A stretch of DNA of 64,000 nt, counting the filler, from Stramenopiles sp. TOSAG23-2 (Eukaryota): NCBI GenBank assembly GCA_900128395.1. It is 29 parts of 29 records of this genome, joined end to end, with 100 filler letters (N's around TTAATTAATTAA, not from the genome) between each part and the next. Parts side by side here need not be neighbours in the genome. Positions count along the whole stretch, not along the records: positions 46,492 to 48,599 come from LT652027.1; positions 48,700 to 50,807 come from LT652028.1; positions 50,908 to 53,014 come from LT652029.1; positions 53,115 to 55,221 come from LT652030.1; positions 55,322 to 57,426 come from LT652031.1; positions 57,527 to 59,631 come from LT652032.1; 23 more parts are not named here. The stretch is one strand, 5' to 3'. Position 1 is the stretch's first letter. Each line of letters begins with the position of its first letter. The notes under the pieces are model-generated. The model worked only from the letters and a program-made list of their open reading frames with translations, did no database searches and had not been told where the DNA came from. Shown here piece after piece: positions 47,487 to 59,731 of this stretch. A program made the translations under genes and the position numbers.

Positions 47487-48060
47487 ATATACTGGATTAT
47501 TCAATAATAATTTGCCTTTAGGTCTAAATATGAAGTCATATATTTTATCTTTAAATCCGGCAATTAAAAATAACGATATAGCTATACATAACATTATTAC
47601 ATCAGTCCTTGTGGTTATTTGATATTGATATTTAAACCATTCAACTAACTCTACATAAATACATGGTATATAAAATATAATATTTGTTATTAATCCCTTC
47701 CATGTATCCGTATTTGTAAAAAGTGCATCTCCCTGAGCTACGGGAAGACTCTGCGCTTGCCAGAGTATCCCTGAGCGTCGTGTGTTCCGACTATATGCAT
47801 TATTTTAGTCGGAACACACGACGCATTATTATTTTTACTGTAATAATAAACTAACCCTAAAATTGACACTATAATAGCAAAATTTAATGATATTAATACC
47901 ATAATCCCATTCATCAATGTAGGCACATTACCAAATACCAAAAACAAAATAATATTATACCTAATGTAACACCAAAAAATGTAACTAAAGTTAAGGATTT
48001 TTTTAACATACTTGTCCATGACGCTGTACTCAATAAAGTCATACAAGAATATAGATTATA
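47463..48060 (-). pseudogene. Degraded multi-TM gene resembling giant-virus (Nucleocytoviricota) membrane proteins, interrupted by a hairpin insert
   Basis: After removing 47729-47826 it reads ILGLVYYYSKNNNALFTNTDTWKGLITNIIFYIPCIYVELVEWFKYQYQITTRTDVIMLC...KGKLLLNNPVYLNN. The viral resemblance is from memory and unverified. Confidence 0.5.
47729..47822. mobile_element. 94-bp GC-rich structured insert flanked by a GCAT duplication
   Basis: GCAT at 47725-47728 and 47823-47826; perfect 19-bp stem 47775-47793/47806-47824; TCCCTGAGC direct repeat twice. Confidence 0.5.
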
Positions 48061-48388
48061 TCAATAATGTGTGCGTGAATATTTTTTTCTTCCGTATGCT
48101 ATAAATGTTATTTATATTATATATGTATTAATATAGTCATGGTCAAATTGTTCATCTCGTTGCCACCCTCCTCTCATCTTAAATTAAACTGAAAGATGAC
48201 CCAGTTTGCAAATTTAGTTGTCTGTATATATTTAAATTTTTACACTGTTAAAAGAACATAAAGTGCAAAAATTAGACCAACGATTTTGACATGTATATAA
48301 GAAAAGACAATATAACATTATATATATTAATTTATATATATATTATTCAACTAAACGTTTGAATGAATTAAAAAAAAAGTCTGTCGTT

Positions 48389-48505
48389 GTTTTTTCTACC
48401 TTTTTTGATCCAAAATCAATAGTGAGTGGTTATAAAAAATAACATGGACACACCAGCTGTATAGAGAGGATTTTTAAATTCTTTAGAAAATGGGTCTTGA
48501 GGGGG
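48389..48505 (-). repeat. Dispersed repeat R2, second copy
   Basis: Its reverse complement aligns with 24030-24147. Confidence 0.85.
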
Positions 48506-48699
48506 AGATAAGGCGGCACGTGAATATATTAATAATAATAAATTAAATAATAATAACAGTATCAGGCCCAACAATATCTAAAAACCAATAATACGTAGTN
48601 NNNNNNNNNNNNNNNNNNNNNNNNNNNNNNNNNNNNNNNNNNNTTAATTAATTAANNNNNNNNNNNNNNNNNNNNNNNNNNNNNNNNNNNNNNNNNNNN

Positions 48700-50807
48700 G
48701 GTTAATTTCAATATTTCACCAAAGGAACCTGCAATGCGCCTATCCCATACAAGTTGCGATGTACGTGATGCATATATTTTTTGAAAATCGATCATATCAT
48801 CATATACACGTGCATGATCAATGACATCATAATATTTTTTCACAATGGATATAATTGCTTTTAATTCTTCTAATAAGACACTTTGTGCATTGATATAATC
48901 ATTTAAAGATGATTTACTCAATGCATTCATTAAATGTGTATCTATCTCGATATAAATACCTTCATTATCTGTATTGATGATAATATTAACATTTTTCATC
49001 TTTTTATTGTTGCTGTTACTACTACTACTACTGCTACTACTACTATCCATATCATGAGTTTTACCTTGTCCAGTTTCAACATGATCAATATCAGTTTTCT
49101 TATCACCTATTTCATTATCTTTCTTACTACCATCATCATTTGACGCAATAACATTATTGTTATTAATATTAATAATTACATTTGCTTCATCTGCTAATTC
49201 AGTCATTTTTTTATCAATTTTATCTGAATCGATTGCATCTTTGCCATATAATACTCGTTTTTCAACACGACTATCAATATATTTCAATTTTAAATTACGT
49301 ACTTCACACATTTCAACATATCGTTTACAACCATCAATCATCGATTGAATCATTTCTACAAATACGATGATGGCATAAAATCCCCATACTACTAAAAATG
49401 GTGCAATGACATTGTATGGGGTTAAATTATTTTCACCATAAAAATCTTGATCCATGTAAGTAACAAATAAAATTTCAGTGAAAAACAAAGAACCAAATGT
49501 TGATATCCATGCACCAACAATTGCATATAATGTTGTTACTGCTGGTGTATGCAAGTCATCATCTTTGCATACAGCCGCTAAGATAATAAATGTTGCACAT
49601 ATTGCAACAGCATTTAATATCCAAACTGGTGTCAATGCAGAACCCCATGAATATCTTGCTTTGCCACCGAGTTTAGTTACAAACAAACCTATTTGTAAAA
49701 TTAACATTGTCATTATACAACCACCACTCATATTTATTAAAATTCCTGCACCTACATGTCTACGCTGATTATCTTCCCCTTCTTTACTACATAAACGTAC
49801 ACCTATGATACAAATTAATAACCATAAAAGAATCACGCTCCCGATCAATACATGTACAGCACGTAAGCTGCCATGTCGATGTTCCATACCAACATCATCA
49901 GAAATAAATGCAAGGGATAAGAAAAACGCTAAGATTGTCAACATGAAACAAAATACAACGCTTAAACAAGTATAAAACCATATTTTTATTTTCCGTGTAG
50001 GAAATAATTGTGGATCATATGAAATAAAAAATGTTCGTAAACTTCCAATGACTAGCATGCTACCAAATACAACCAATGGTGCAAATACATAACCACGATC
50101 ACTAGTTATTTCATTTTTTGGATCATTTAATAATGTTTTCTTGCTTTTCACGGAACCAAATGTACCAATTTTTGGATCTAAATACATACATAAAAGCACT
50201 AGAAATACGATAATTGGTAACATCCATAATACATATGCCACAATATAAATACGAAGTCGCTTCCATGTTGGCTTTGAAAATAAATTAAATAAACATGGAC
50301 ATTTTTCTTTTGTATACCATTTCATCGATCCAATATAACATATGCATTTAAATAATACCACAATGATAACTATCAGAACTTTTGGTATACATGTGATGCA
50401 ACAACATAATTTTTGTAGACATGTCATTGGTTTTTTGTTTGTATTATTCTTATTATTCTTATTATTATTGTCATCATTACTATTACGTGGTTTACTACTT
50501 AATCCAACATTTCGTATTCGTTCCAATCGTCTTTCTAAACGATCATCACGATCAACATTATTACTATTATTAAAACTTCGTAAACGTGATCTTCGTGGTG
50601 CGACGATTTGAAAGGTATGTGTTGGATTTGTATTTAAATGTGTCTCTTGTAATATTGATGGATTATTATAACAATTTTGACATAAATCATAATCAAAACA
50701 CATTTGACATTTATAACGTTTACCAAGAATTGGATGTACATTGCAATGATCGCATGTAACGCCAAAATGCCTTTCAAGGCTATTGGATCGTGTTGGTGAT
50801 GTTGGAA
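48700..50807 (-). CDS. ZZ-type zinc finger plus multi-pass membrane protein, partial at both ends
   Basis: HFGVTCDHCNVHPILGKRYKCQMCFDYDLCQNCY...H...HTF, then about 9 hydrophobic helices including a TMEM185-like YSWGSALTPVW. Confidence 0.8.
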
Positions 50808-51145
50808 NNNNNNNNNNNNNNNNNNNNNNNNNNNNNNNNNNNNNNNNNNNNTTAATTAATTAANNNNNNNNNNNNNNNNNNNNNNNNNNNNNNNNNNNNN
50901 NNNNNNNTTCTTTTTGTGTTGTATATTATGTATTATGTGTGTGTGGTAGGTACCAGGTACCGACCACCTGTAAAGAAGAAATAATAAAGAAGACGAATGA
51001 TAGAGAAAAATTGATAAGTTAAAGTGTGGTAGACAGAGAGGATATTATATCATATAATACATTTATAATACATGTGAATATACAAATAATACTTATAAGT
51101 AGAAACAAACAATACTTTATATGATCAGCGTTCAAACAAATAATA

Positions 51146-52720
51146 ATGTTGAACTTTAATAAAATGCTTCGACAATTATCCATTCGACGTGCCATGTCCA
51201 CTTATACCACCAACCCGTTGCCATCAATTCAGCATGAAAATATTCTCTCCACCATTGGTTCGACTCCATTAGTAAAGATATCAAATAAATTAAATAAAAC
51301 TAAATCAGATATATATGTCAAATATGAAGGAATGAATCCTGGTGGTAGTGTGAAAGATCGACTGGCATTGGGCATTATTGAATGGGCTGAGCAACATAAC
51401 CAATTAAAACCCGGTCAAACCGTTGTGGAGTGTACGAGTGGTAACACTGGTATTGGTTTGGCTATGACTTGTGCATCAAAAGGATATCCTCTCGTCGTAG
51501 TTATGAGTGAATCTTTTTCAATTGAGAGAAGGAAATTAATGCGTTTCCTAGGTGCTAAAGTTATTTTAACGAATCCGGCTCATAAAGGTTCGGGGATGGT
51601 TATCAAGGCTAAAGAGTTAGGTGAAAAGCATGGTTGGTTTCTTCCAAGACAATTTGAGAATCAAGCAAATAGTTGGATTCATGAAACAACAACCGGGCCT
51701 GAAATTTTAGAAGCGCTTGACAATACAGATACAGTGCTAGATTATTTTTTTTGTTCATATGGCACAGGCGGCACATTAAAAGGTGTGGCAAAATATTTAC
51801 GAAAACATTCTCCGGAAACACAAATTCATGTTTGCGAGCCTGATAATGCACCTCTTTTGTATAGCGGGGTAAAGAGTGAATGGAATGATGATTCAACTGT
51901 AAAGGAACCACACCCATTGTGGAGACCGCATCTTCTGCAAGGATGGACTGCAGATTTCATTCCAAAATTAGTATTAGAAGCACAAGAAGATGATTTAATT
52001 GATTCGCTTCATCATGTAAATGGTGATGTGTCAATGAAAACATCATTAAGACTAGCAAGAAAGGAAGGCATATTAACTGGTCCAAGCGGTGGTGGTGTAT
52101 TATCTGCAGCCTTAAAATTTGCAGAGACGGCAAAGCCGGGTTCAACAATTGTAGCAATGCTCGCCGACACAGGCGAGCGTTATTTATCAACACCAATGTT
52201 TAGTGAGATATCAGCAGATATGAATGAGGCGGAAATGGAAATAGCTGCATCAACTGCATCTGAGGCGCCACCAAATATTAACATGCCAGAACCATGCGAT
52301 AATTCAATAGAATTTGTTAAACAAACATCAGAGGGTGAGAAGAGTGGAATCGTGGTTTGGTCTTTACAATCGTGTGAATTTTGTTGGACTGCGTTTGGTC
52401 TTCTTGGGGCACTTGGCCTTAAGAAAAATGTTCATTACAAAGTTATTGATATTGATTCGTTTCAATATGCAAAAGATAACCAAGGGAATAAATATCGCAG
52501 TGCACTTTCCACCATGACGAATGTAAATACATTTCCACAAATATTTATAAACGGAAAATTTATTGGTGGTGCAGTTGATTTATGCATGATGTGGAAAAAT
52601 GATGATGAATTAAAAAATTTGTTGGTGGAAGATCTTGGTTTAACTCTTTCTGATTGGGATGGTGATCCATTTGAATTTTTGCCAAAGTGGATGTCTCAAA
52701 ATCCGTTGCGATCGATGTAA
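51146..52720 (+). CDS. cysK: Cysteine synthase (O-acetylserine thiol-lyase) fused to a C-terminal glutaredoxin, with a probable mitochondrial presequence
   Basis: NPGGSVKDR (PLP lysine), TSGNTG, QFEN, GTGGT, DTGERYLST; then CEFC...TFPQIFINGKFIGG; start MLRQLSIRRAMS. Confidence 0.92.
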   Translation: MLNFNKMLRQLSIRRAMSTYTTNPLPSIQHENILSTIGSTPLVKISNKLNKTKSDIYVKYEGMNPGGSVKDRLALGIIEWAEQHNQLKPGQTVVECTSGNTGIGLAMTCASKGYPLVVVMSESFSIERRKLMRFLGAKVILTNPAHKGSGMVIKAKELGEKHGWFLPRQFENQANSWIHETTTGPEILEALDNTDTVLDYFFCSYGTGGTLKGVAKYLRKHSPETQIHVCEPDNAPLLYSGVKSEWNDDSTVKEPHPLWRPHLLQGWTADFIPKLVLEAQEDDLIDSLHHVNGDVSMKTSLRLARKEGILTGPSGGGVLSAALKFAETAKPGSTIVAMLADTGERYLSTPMFSEISADMNEAEMEIAASTASEAPPNINMPEPCDNSIEFVKQTSEGEKSGIVVWSLQSCEFCWTAFGLLGALGLKKNVHYKVIDIDSFQYAKDNQGNKYRSALSTMTNVNTFPQIFINGKFIGGAVDLCMMWKNDDELKNLLVEDLGLTLSDWDGDPFEFLPKWMSQNPLRSM

Positions 52721-54212
52721 AAAAAAAATATTTTTGATGAAAAAAAAAAAAAGAATATAATGTGGGACGTGCACTTGAAATATGTGCACCGTTCGTCGTA
52801 ATGACATGACTTCGGAAAGTACGGTTGTATTTTTTTATATATAAAAATAAAATAAAATATTTTATTATTCGTATGTGTGGGGTGTTAAAATTTAAAAATA
52901 TCTGCTTCCTCGAATATATTAATATTTTAAGACCCGGACAATCTGTAGAGTGACCTTTCCTGAGAGTAAATTGCCAAATAACTAATTTCGTATACTTTAA
53001 GTACAATTTACCCGNNNNNNNNNNNNNNNNNNNNNNNNNNNNNNNNNNNNNNNNNNNNTTAATTAATTAANNNNNNNNNNNNNNNNNNNNNNNNNNNNNN
53101 NNNNNNNNNNNNNNTATTATTATTATGAATATTGATGATTTGAAGATAGTATGATAATTTTTCATCTTCTCCTTTTTTCTTTTTATATAAATTGTTTTTT
53201 TGGTTGTTATTTTTATATATTATATATAATTGTTTTTTTTTAAATATAATTTATTGATATACTATTCCGTTTGTTTTTTTTTATTGTTATTTTTATATAT
53301 TACAATTGTTTTTCACTCTTTCGTTTGTTATTCTTTCTGTCTTTGAATTGTTATATACCACATATGCCATTCAGAAACTAATATATTATACTATATAATC
53401 TAAATCTACTATTGCACTATTGGAACTGTTCTAACTGTAGCTTTGTTGAATTTTTATAATAATATTTTTTCTATTTTCTACCTGGTATGTGCGTATGTTG
53501 TTGAATTTGTACAGTGCAGTAGTATAGCTTTATAGCACTAATATAGCACTCTAACTCTATGTTGAATTTGTGTGAAAATTCATTTTTTTTGTGGTGGTTT
53601 TGATGTGCGAATTACAAATTGCACATGTTAATGTTGTTGCCAAACTGATGTAGTGCCATGCTATAATAGTGCTATTATGTGCTAAATATCTAAAATATCT
53701 AACACAAATATGATGAAAGCCACATCTGGCCCGCTGGCTCTATACTTGAAAGTGAAATTAGAATACCAAAAAAAATACATAACTCCCGTTCTTCCCTGCT
53801 ATATACCTATTATACTATACCTTAAATCTTAATTATATAGGAAACCAAAAATATATAACCAAGAAGAACGTGAAAGATGTGAATGTTGAAAAAGTGAAAA
53901 ATATATATATATAGCAGGGTATATTTGTAGACTACCAGCATATTAATAGTAGATTAAGATATAGTAGCACACATCTATATCATAGTAGAACAAAATGATC
54001 ACATTTTTGGAATTTGGAATGCACAAGGATTTTGATGCCAACGGTGTGATTTCGACAAAAAAGGTGGTTATATTTACATGCTAAATTAAACACGTTAATT
54101 TTATTTTCAACTAAGATATATATATATTAATATTAATATAAATTCATCGCAATAGATATGGAAGAAAACTAAGAGAAACAATAGGAATTCAATTATACTT
54201 TCCCCGACCATC

Positions 54213-54722
54213 ATGGAATACATTTTTACAATGTTAGGTCATGTTAGTTTGTTAATATTATTAATTCCATCTCGGTACAATAAACAATTTCCATTTCATG
54301 CAAAAACAACGCATATGGATGGTAAAGGGTTACCACATGGCACGCCTAGTAGAAAAGGCAATTCCGTATTATTTAATAAAACTGGAAGTCAAGGTTCATT
54401 TGGAAGGCAACGTACTTCATTGAGTGGAGGCATGGGTAATATATTTGATAATGCTATTGATCGTGCCAAAGAGTTGGCAAATACGATGCGTTATAAATTG
54501 ATGCAAATACAAGATTATAGCGACGATCTTGTAGAAACATTGCATGCATATGAAAGTGTTGGGGATGAGTTAGGGGAAGATTTACAAGACCTTCCAACCG
54601 TGATGGCGGCGGAGACAAATATTGTTCCACCACCAAATAGTGCACCACCAAAAAGAAACGCTCGATCAACATTAGAACGTGAATTTGAATTGGCCGCTCG
54701 AACTGGTAACGACAATGTGTAA
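54213..54722 (+). CDS. Hypothetical protein, probably the last exon of a longer gene
   Basis: 169-aa ORF with coding-like composition and one TM segment at the start. Confidence 0.5.
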   Translation: MEYIFTMLGHVSLLILLIPSRYNKQFPFHAKTTHMDGKGLPHGTPSRKGNSVLFNKTGSQGSFGRQRTSLSGGMGNIFDNAIDRAKELANTMRYKLMQIQDYSDDLVETLHAYESVGDELGEDLQDLPTVMAAETNIVPPPNSAPPKRNARSTLEREFELAARTGNDNV

Positions 54723-55321
54723 ATTTTTGTACATAATTTAATATAACCTCGTGATTAATATATGTATATTAATTACACGTAATAAAAAAACTGAACATGA
54801 AAGCGGGACACGTGTTTAAACATTACGGGGGAGAGAGAGAGAGAGAGAGAGACCGTCCAAAGAGAGCATTAATATTTCATTGTTCGAAGTAATTAATATA
54901 TATATATATATTCGGAAGGAAGTGGCGCCACAGGAGGAAATTTTTTTTTACGAGCCGTATTAATATAAAAAAATATATATATATCATATGATAAAAAAAT
55001 AAAAAATAAACAAATAATCATTTTTTATATGTGTAAAAATTAGAGCTTCACTATAGTATACGATACAGAATATTTATTCTCGAGATTTGAGTATTGAGCA
55101 TATTATTTACCATGAGAAAGTAAAACTATTATAACACTTAGATTTTAACCAAATATATTTATAATAAATTGAGAACTCCCATGATGAGGACCGGGGCATA
55201 AGCATAACGGGATCTTTTAAANNNNNNNNNNNNNNNNNNNNNNNNNNNNNNNNNNNNNNNNNNNNTTAATTAATTAANNNNNNNNNNNNNNNNNNNNNNN
55301 NNNNNNNNNNNNNNNNNNNNN

Positions 55322-55604
55322 TTATACATCAAATGATGATGTTGTACAACGTTCATTTTACAAACTCGGTGGTGGAACAGGACTTTGGACGACTAATATG
55401 AGAAGTTTAGTAACGACATTGCATAAGGACGTGAAATTATATGGTAGTTACATAGCTGCTGGCAGCCATCATTGCCGTTCTCAATCCCCAGATTATTATA
55501 TAGTAACTAGTGGGAAAAATAATGTGAAATTATATGAATGGGTGAAGCAAGTTAGTACTGATACTGTAGAAAATGATGCAGTAGATTGTGAACCAAATTG
55601 TTAA
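55322..55604 (+). CDS. C-terminal fragment of an unknown protein
   Basis: Coding-like frame from the contig start to the stop at 55604. Confidence 0.4.
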
Positions 55605-56015
55605 AAATATATGATGTGTTTTTCTCTTACTCATATATATATAATATATTTTTTTTTAAAATTAAATAAGAGCTTTACTAATAGTAAGGATTGAGTATTT
55701 CATTAATATTTTTAAGACATTATAGAGTATTTGATGAGCATGGTACGAAGTATTTACCACGGGAAGTAAAATTATACTCGTACGAAGCGTATATTTTTAA
55801 AATAACTTTTTACTTCCTATGATAGCGCTTCGAGTATGCATAGATTTTAACCATCATATGACACGAAGTATAATTTTAAAACTTTATCTAGACGAAGTAT
55901 TATGCATACTCCTTTTTTAAAAATATTTGCGTCGTATTTATTAAAATATTATTAATATTATATTTTCAAAATTTCTACGGCCTGATTGAAAATTTTTTTT
56001 TTCTTTTTTTTTCTT

Positions 56016-56995
56016 CTACAGACTCATCAATATAAAATCAATTTTGACAACTCCATTTAATGCATTTGAGGTATGATGATTACATACCTTTATTGACCTA
56101 GTTGTTGCTGTACCGGTTGTATCAACAATTACTCTGGGAATACCACTATTACCAGTCCAAGCGTTAGTTCCATACGCTGAGTATTCACGAACAGTCACCA
56201 AAATAGTTGCTGAATTGGATAAATATGAATTTGATAAAGTTATAGGAGAACATGAACTAGCTCCAGTAGTCAAAGTACTTGTCGTTATTGTTCCTGCTAC
56301 TTGATTAATGGTTACTGAATTCCCAGTTGCACTGCCTTTCGTGGAAATGATTGGAGAATATGCCGATGACAAAATTAAGCCATTGGTAACAGTCAATGAC
56401 GATAATGTACCAGACCCAACAATAAGATCTAAATTATCAGTGGTAATGACAGTCCCGTCAACATTTGGTATTGTGATAGTTCGATCTTGTGTGGGATCAA
56501 CTATTGCTATATTGTATAAAGCGGATGAAGATGGTATTGTAAACCTTAACGCAGCAGCATTTTGTATAGTACCTACGAACGTTGTCGACCCACCAAAACT
56601 GGTAGCTCCATTAAAGACACCGTCACCGCTTAAAGTCATCGACCCAACCGTTCCCATTTGGACAATATCAGCTAGATTTCCTGTCGTAATAATGTTTCCA
56701 CTAGCATCTGCTGGTAAGACTATTTCATTCACCCCATTGTTCGGATCAACCAATGTTAAGGTCGTTTTAGCAGTATTTGCTGCACGTGTAGTTTTTATGA
56801 TCATAGATGAGCCTGCATACGACGTACTTGTACTTGTTGCAGTGACAACAGCTGAACTTGTAGCACTGTACTTTACAGTGGCACCACCATCCGTTACATG
56901 CATTCCAGTATCGGTTATAGTTGTACCAGCAACTTTCACTCGCATACCACCAGCAACTATTGTTTCACCACCACCAACTATGAATAGGCCGGTTT
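56016..56995 (-). CDS. Thr/Ser/Gly-rich beta-structured protein with phage-tail-fibre-like repeats
   Basis: LTLVDPNNGVNEIVLPADASGNIITTGNL and IAIVDPTQDRTITIPNVDGTVITTDNL; the frame stays open upstream of the Met (GLFIVGGGETIVAGGM). Confidence 0.6.
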
Positions 56996-57273
56996 GATAG
57001 GTTGTAAAAAGTCCAGTGCCATGTCGGTTTGTGATATATCGTCTTGTTGTGTGTTGTGCTGTTGCTTGTGTGCGCGGTACACATCTTTTATATACATACT
57101 ACTGTATTGTACTGTATCAAATATAGATGTAGATAGATAGATACATGTGGTAATGAAATAGAACAACTGCAACATATATTTGCATATATATATATATATT
57201 AATTAATTCAGTTATTATTATTTATTATCATTTATAACAACGTTAACAATTATATTGTTAAATATATAACAAT

Positions 57274-57426
57274 ATGTCAGGTGATGCGACATTTCGAAAT
57301 AAAATACAAAAAGCAAAAGCGGAAAATGCCAAATCACGATTAGATGAAGATCAACGCGAGGAATTTAAAGAGGCGTTTAAAGTATTTGATGAAGATAATG
57401 GTGGTAGTATTGATGATGAAGAGTTT
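57274..57426 (+). CDS. Calmodulin/centrin-like EF-hand protein, N-terminus only
   Basis: LDEDQREEFKEAFKVFDEDNGGSIDDEE. Confidence 0.85.
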
Positions 57427-57526
57427 NNNNNNNNNNNNNNNNNNNNNNNNNNNNNNNNNNNNNNNNNNNNTTAATTAATTAANNNNNNNNNNNNNNNNNN
57501 NNNNNNNNNNNNNNNNNNNNNNNNNN

Positions 57527-59216
57527 TGATGTTTCCGATGTTTGGCCTTGTAAATCATTGAATTTGCCAACACCACAGCTTCTGCAAGTTGATTGACCTT
57601 GTAAACTATTAAATTTTCCAACACCGCATTTTTTGCAAGCTGTTTGGTATGTTTGACTTTTCAAAGGACCCAATTTCCCAATACCACATACTACACAATC
57701 AAAGTTATTAGTTATTGAACACGGACATATTACACCTAATTTTTTATTATTTTTGTTTAGTTGATTGCATGTGCCAGTGAATGGTGTTTTGGTACATAAA
57801 TTATCGGAACATGTTTTCCATGTTGAGTTGATGTTGTTGTTATCATTTTATTAGTTATTGAACACGGACATATTACACCTAATTTTTTATTATTTTTGTT
57901 TACTGCATTGCATGTGCCAGTAAATGGTGTTTCCGTACATAAATTATCTGAACATGTTTTCCATGTTGGTGTTTGATATCCTTCATAAATATTATTATTA
58001 TTATTTGTATTATTGAAATATGTATTTATTAATGATATGGTTGGTGATCCATCTGTATATATTTCATCACCTTGATATGGATATGTATTTGCATCATTAT
58101 TGATAAATGATGATTGACGGAGGGTGACGACTGTAGTGCTATCACCTTTTATATAGAGGCCGCCTCCATACATACCAGCTTTATTATTTGATATGCTTGT
58201 ATTCTTCATTGTTGCATCACTGCGATATATATGCATACCACCACCACTACTACCACCATAACTAGCTCTAGCTTGATTATTATATATCGTAGTATTAACA
58301 ATAGTAGCAACAGCATATATCATATAAATACCACCACCATGTTCAGTACCTTCATTATTCTGAATAATACTATTATATATATTCATAATCGCATTCCTAT
58401 TCGTACTAATACTAGCACCTTGTGCAAGTATTCCACCACCAGTTCTAGCTTTATTATTAAATACAATAGATGAATATAAATTTAATTCACCACCGTTTGT
58501 ATANNNNNNNNNNNNNNNNNNNNNNNNNNNNNNNNNNNNNNNNNNNNNNNNNNNNNNNNNNNNNNNNNNNNNNNNNNNNNNNNNNNNNNNAGCTTTATTA
58601 TTAAATACAATAGATGAATATAAATTTAATTCACCACCGTTTGTATAAATCGATATAGCTCCACCACCCCAATCCAGATCACTTCTATAACTAGTAATAT
58701 CCCCACCAACTAATTTTAAATAACGTAATATTAACTTAGCATTTGCATTATTTAAATAAAAATGACGATGTTTACTTGCAGCAGTTATAATAATTAAATT
58801 ATTCATATCCGTATTTATACCATCAATTTCTAACGTATTCAATACAGATACGTGATCACTACCTGATATGGTACAATCATTATTAACTTTAAACGTACCT
58901 TCATTTGTTGTAGCAGAACAATCGCAGCAGTTATAATAATTAAATTATTCATATCCGTATTTATACCATCAATTTCTAACGTATTCAATACAGAAACGTG
59001 ATCACTACCTGATATGGTACAATCATTATTAACTTTAAACGTACCTTCATTTGTTGTAGCAGAACAATCCCATTCTGTTTGTGAATTTATTGGTATTATT
59101 AAATTAAAAAGGAAACCAACAACGACAAATAATGCTATCAAAATCTTCTTTTTTGTAAATAATTTATAAGATTGTTTTTTTATAATTGAAAATAAATTTG
59201 TTCTCATAATATTCAT
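57527..59216 (-). CDS. Large surface protein: N-terminal TM/signal, PMP-like beta-helix repeats (FxNN...GGG+), then Cys-rich GCC2/GCC3-like repeats; contains assembly duplications and a gap
   Basis: GGGAISI, FNNKARTGGGI, NNEGTEHGGGI, NNKAGMYGGGL; then CKKCGVGKFNSLQGQSTCRSCGVGKF. Confidence 0.75.
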
Positions 59217-59731
59217 TTTTGTTTTGTTGTCTTGCCTCGAGAGGATTATATTATATATGTATCAACCAATATGTTATTTTGCTTCTGCAATCATGGAATA
59301 TATTCTGTAATTCGCAGCTGACGAGTAATGATTTATTATTTCATTTAACATTTTTTGATGATTTTTGATGATTTTTGAGATGGTTTTGGATTGGAAACGA
59401 TGTTGTATACTACCAAGCCTGCATGCCTATCTATTGGAGACGATGCAGAGAGACAGAAAAGACATCAAAAAATCTTTCTATTGATAGCATGCAACAGCAC
59501 TACAAATGATTAACTGAAATCAGACAAATTCCAAATACCAAATATATCAATTAAATTACTATGTATGTGACATATTTTATAAATTACCGATTTTATTGCA
59601 ATATTATTACCCCCAATATCGCAATCATTTANNNNNNNNNNNNNNNNNNNNNNNNNNNNNNNNNNNNNNNNNNNNTTAATTAATTAANNNNNNNNNNNNN
59701 NNNNNNNNNNNNNNNNNNNNNNNNNNNNNNN

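Noticed and set aside
47729-47822. The insert as a simple spliceosomal intron (GT...AG on the minus strand)
   Set aside because: Splicing at those ends leaves 4 extra nt and breaks the frame. The only in-frame acceptor I found is an atypical GAG, and the donor is non-consensus
56308-56997. 229-aa plus-strand ORF overlapping the fibre-like gene
   Set aside because: It is an antisense shadow of Thr/Gly/Val-rich codons with no recognisable motifs
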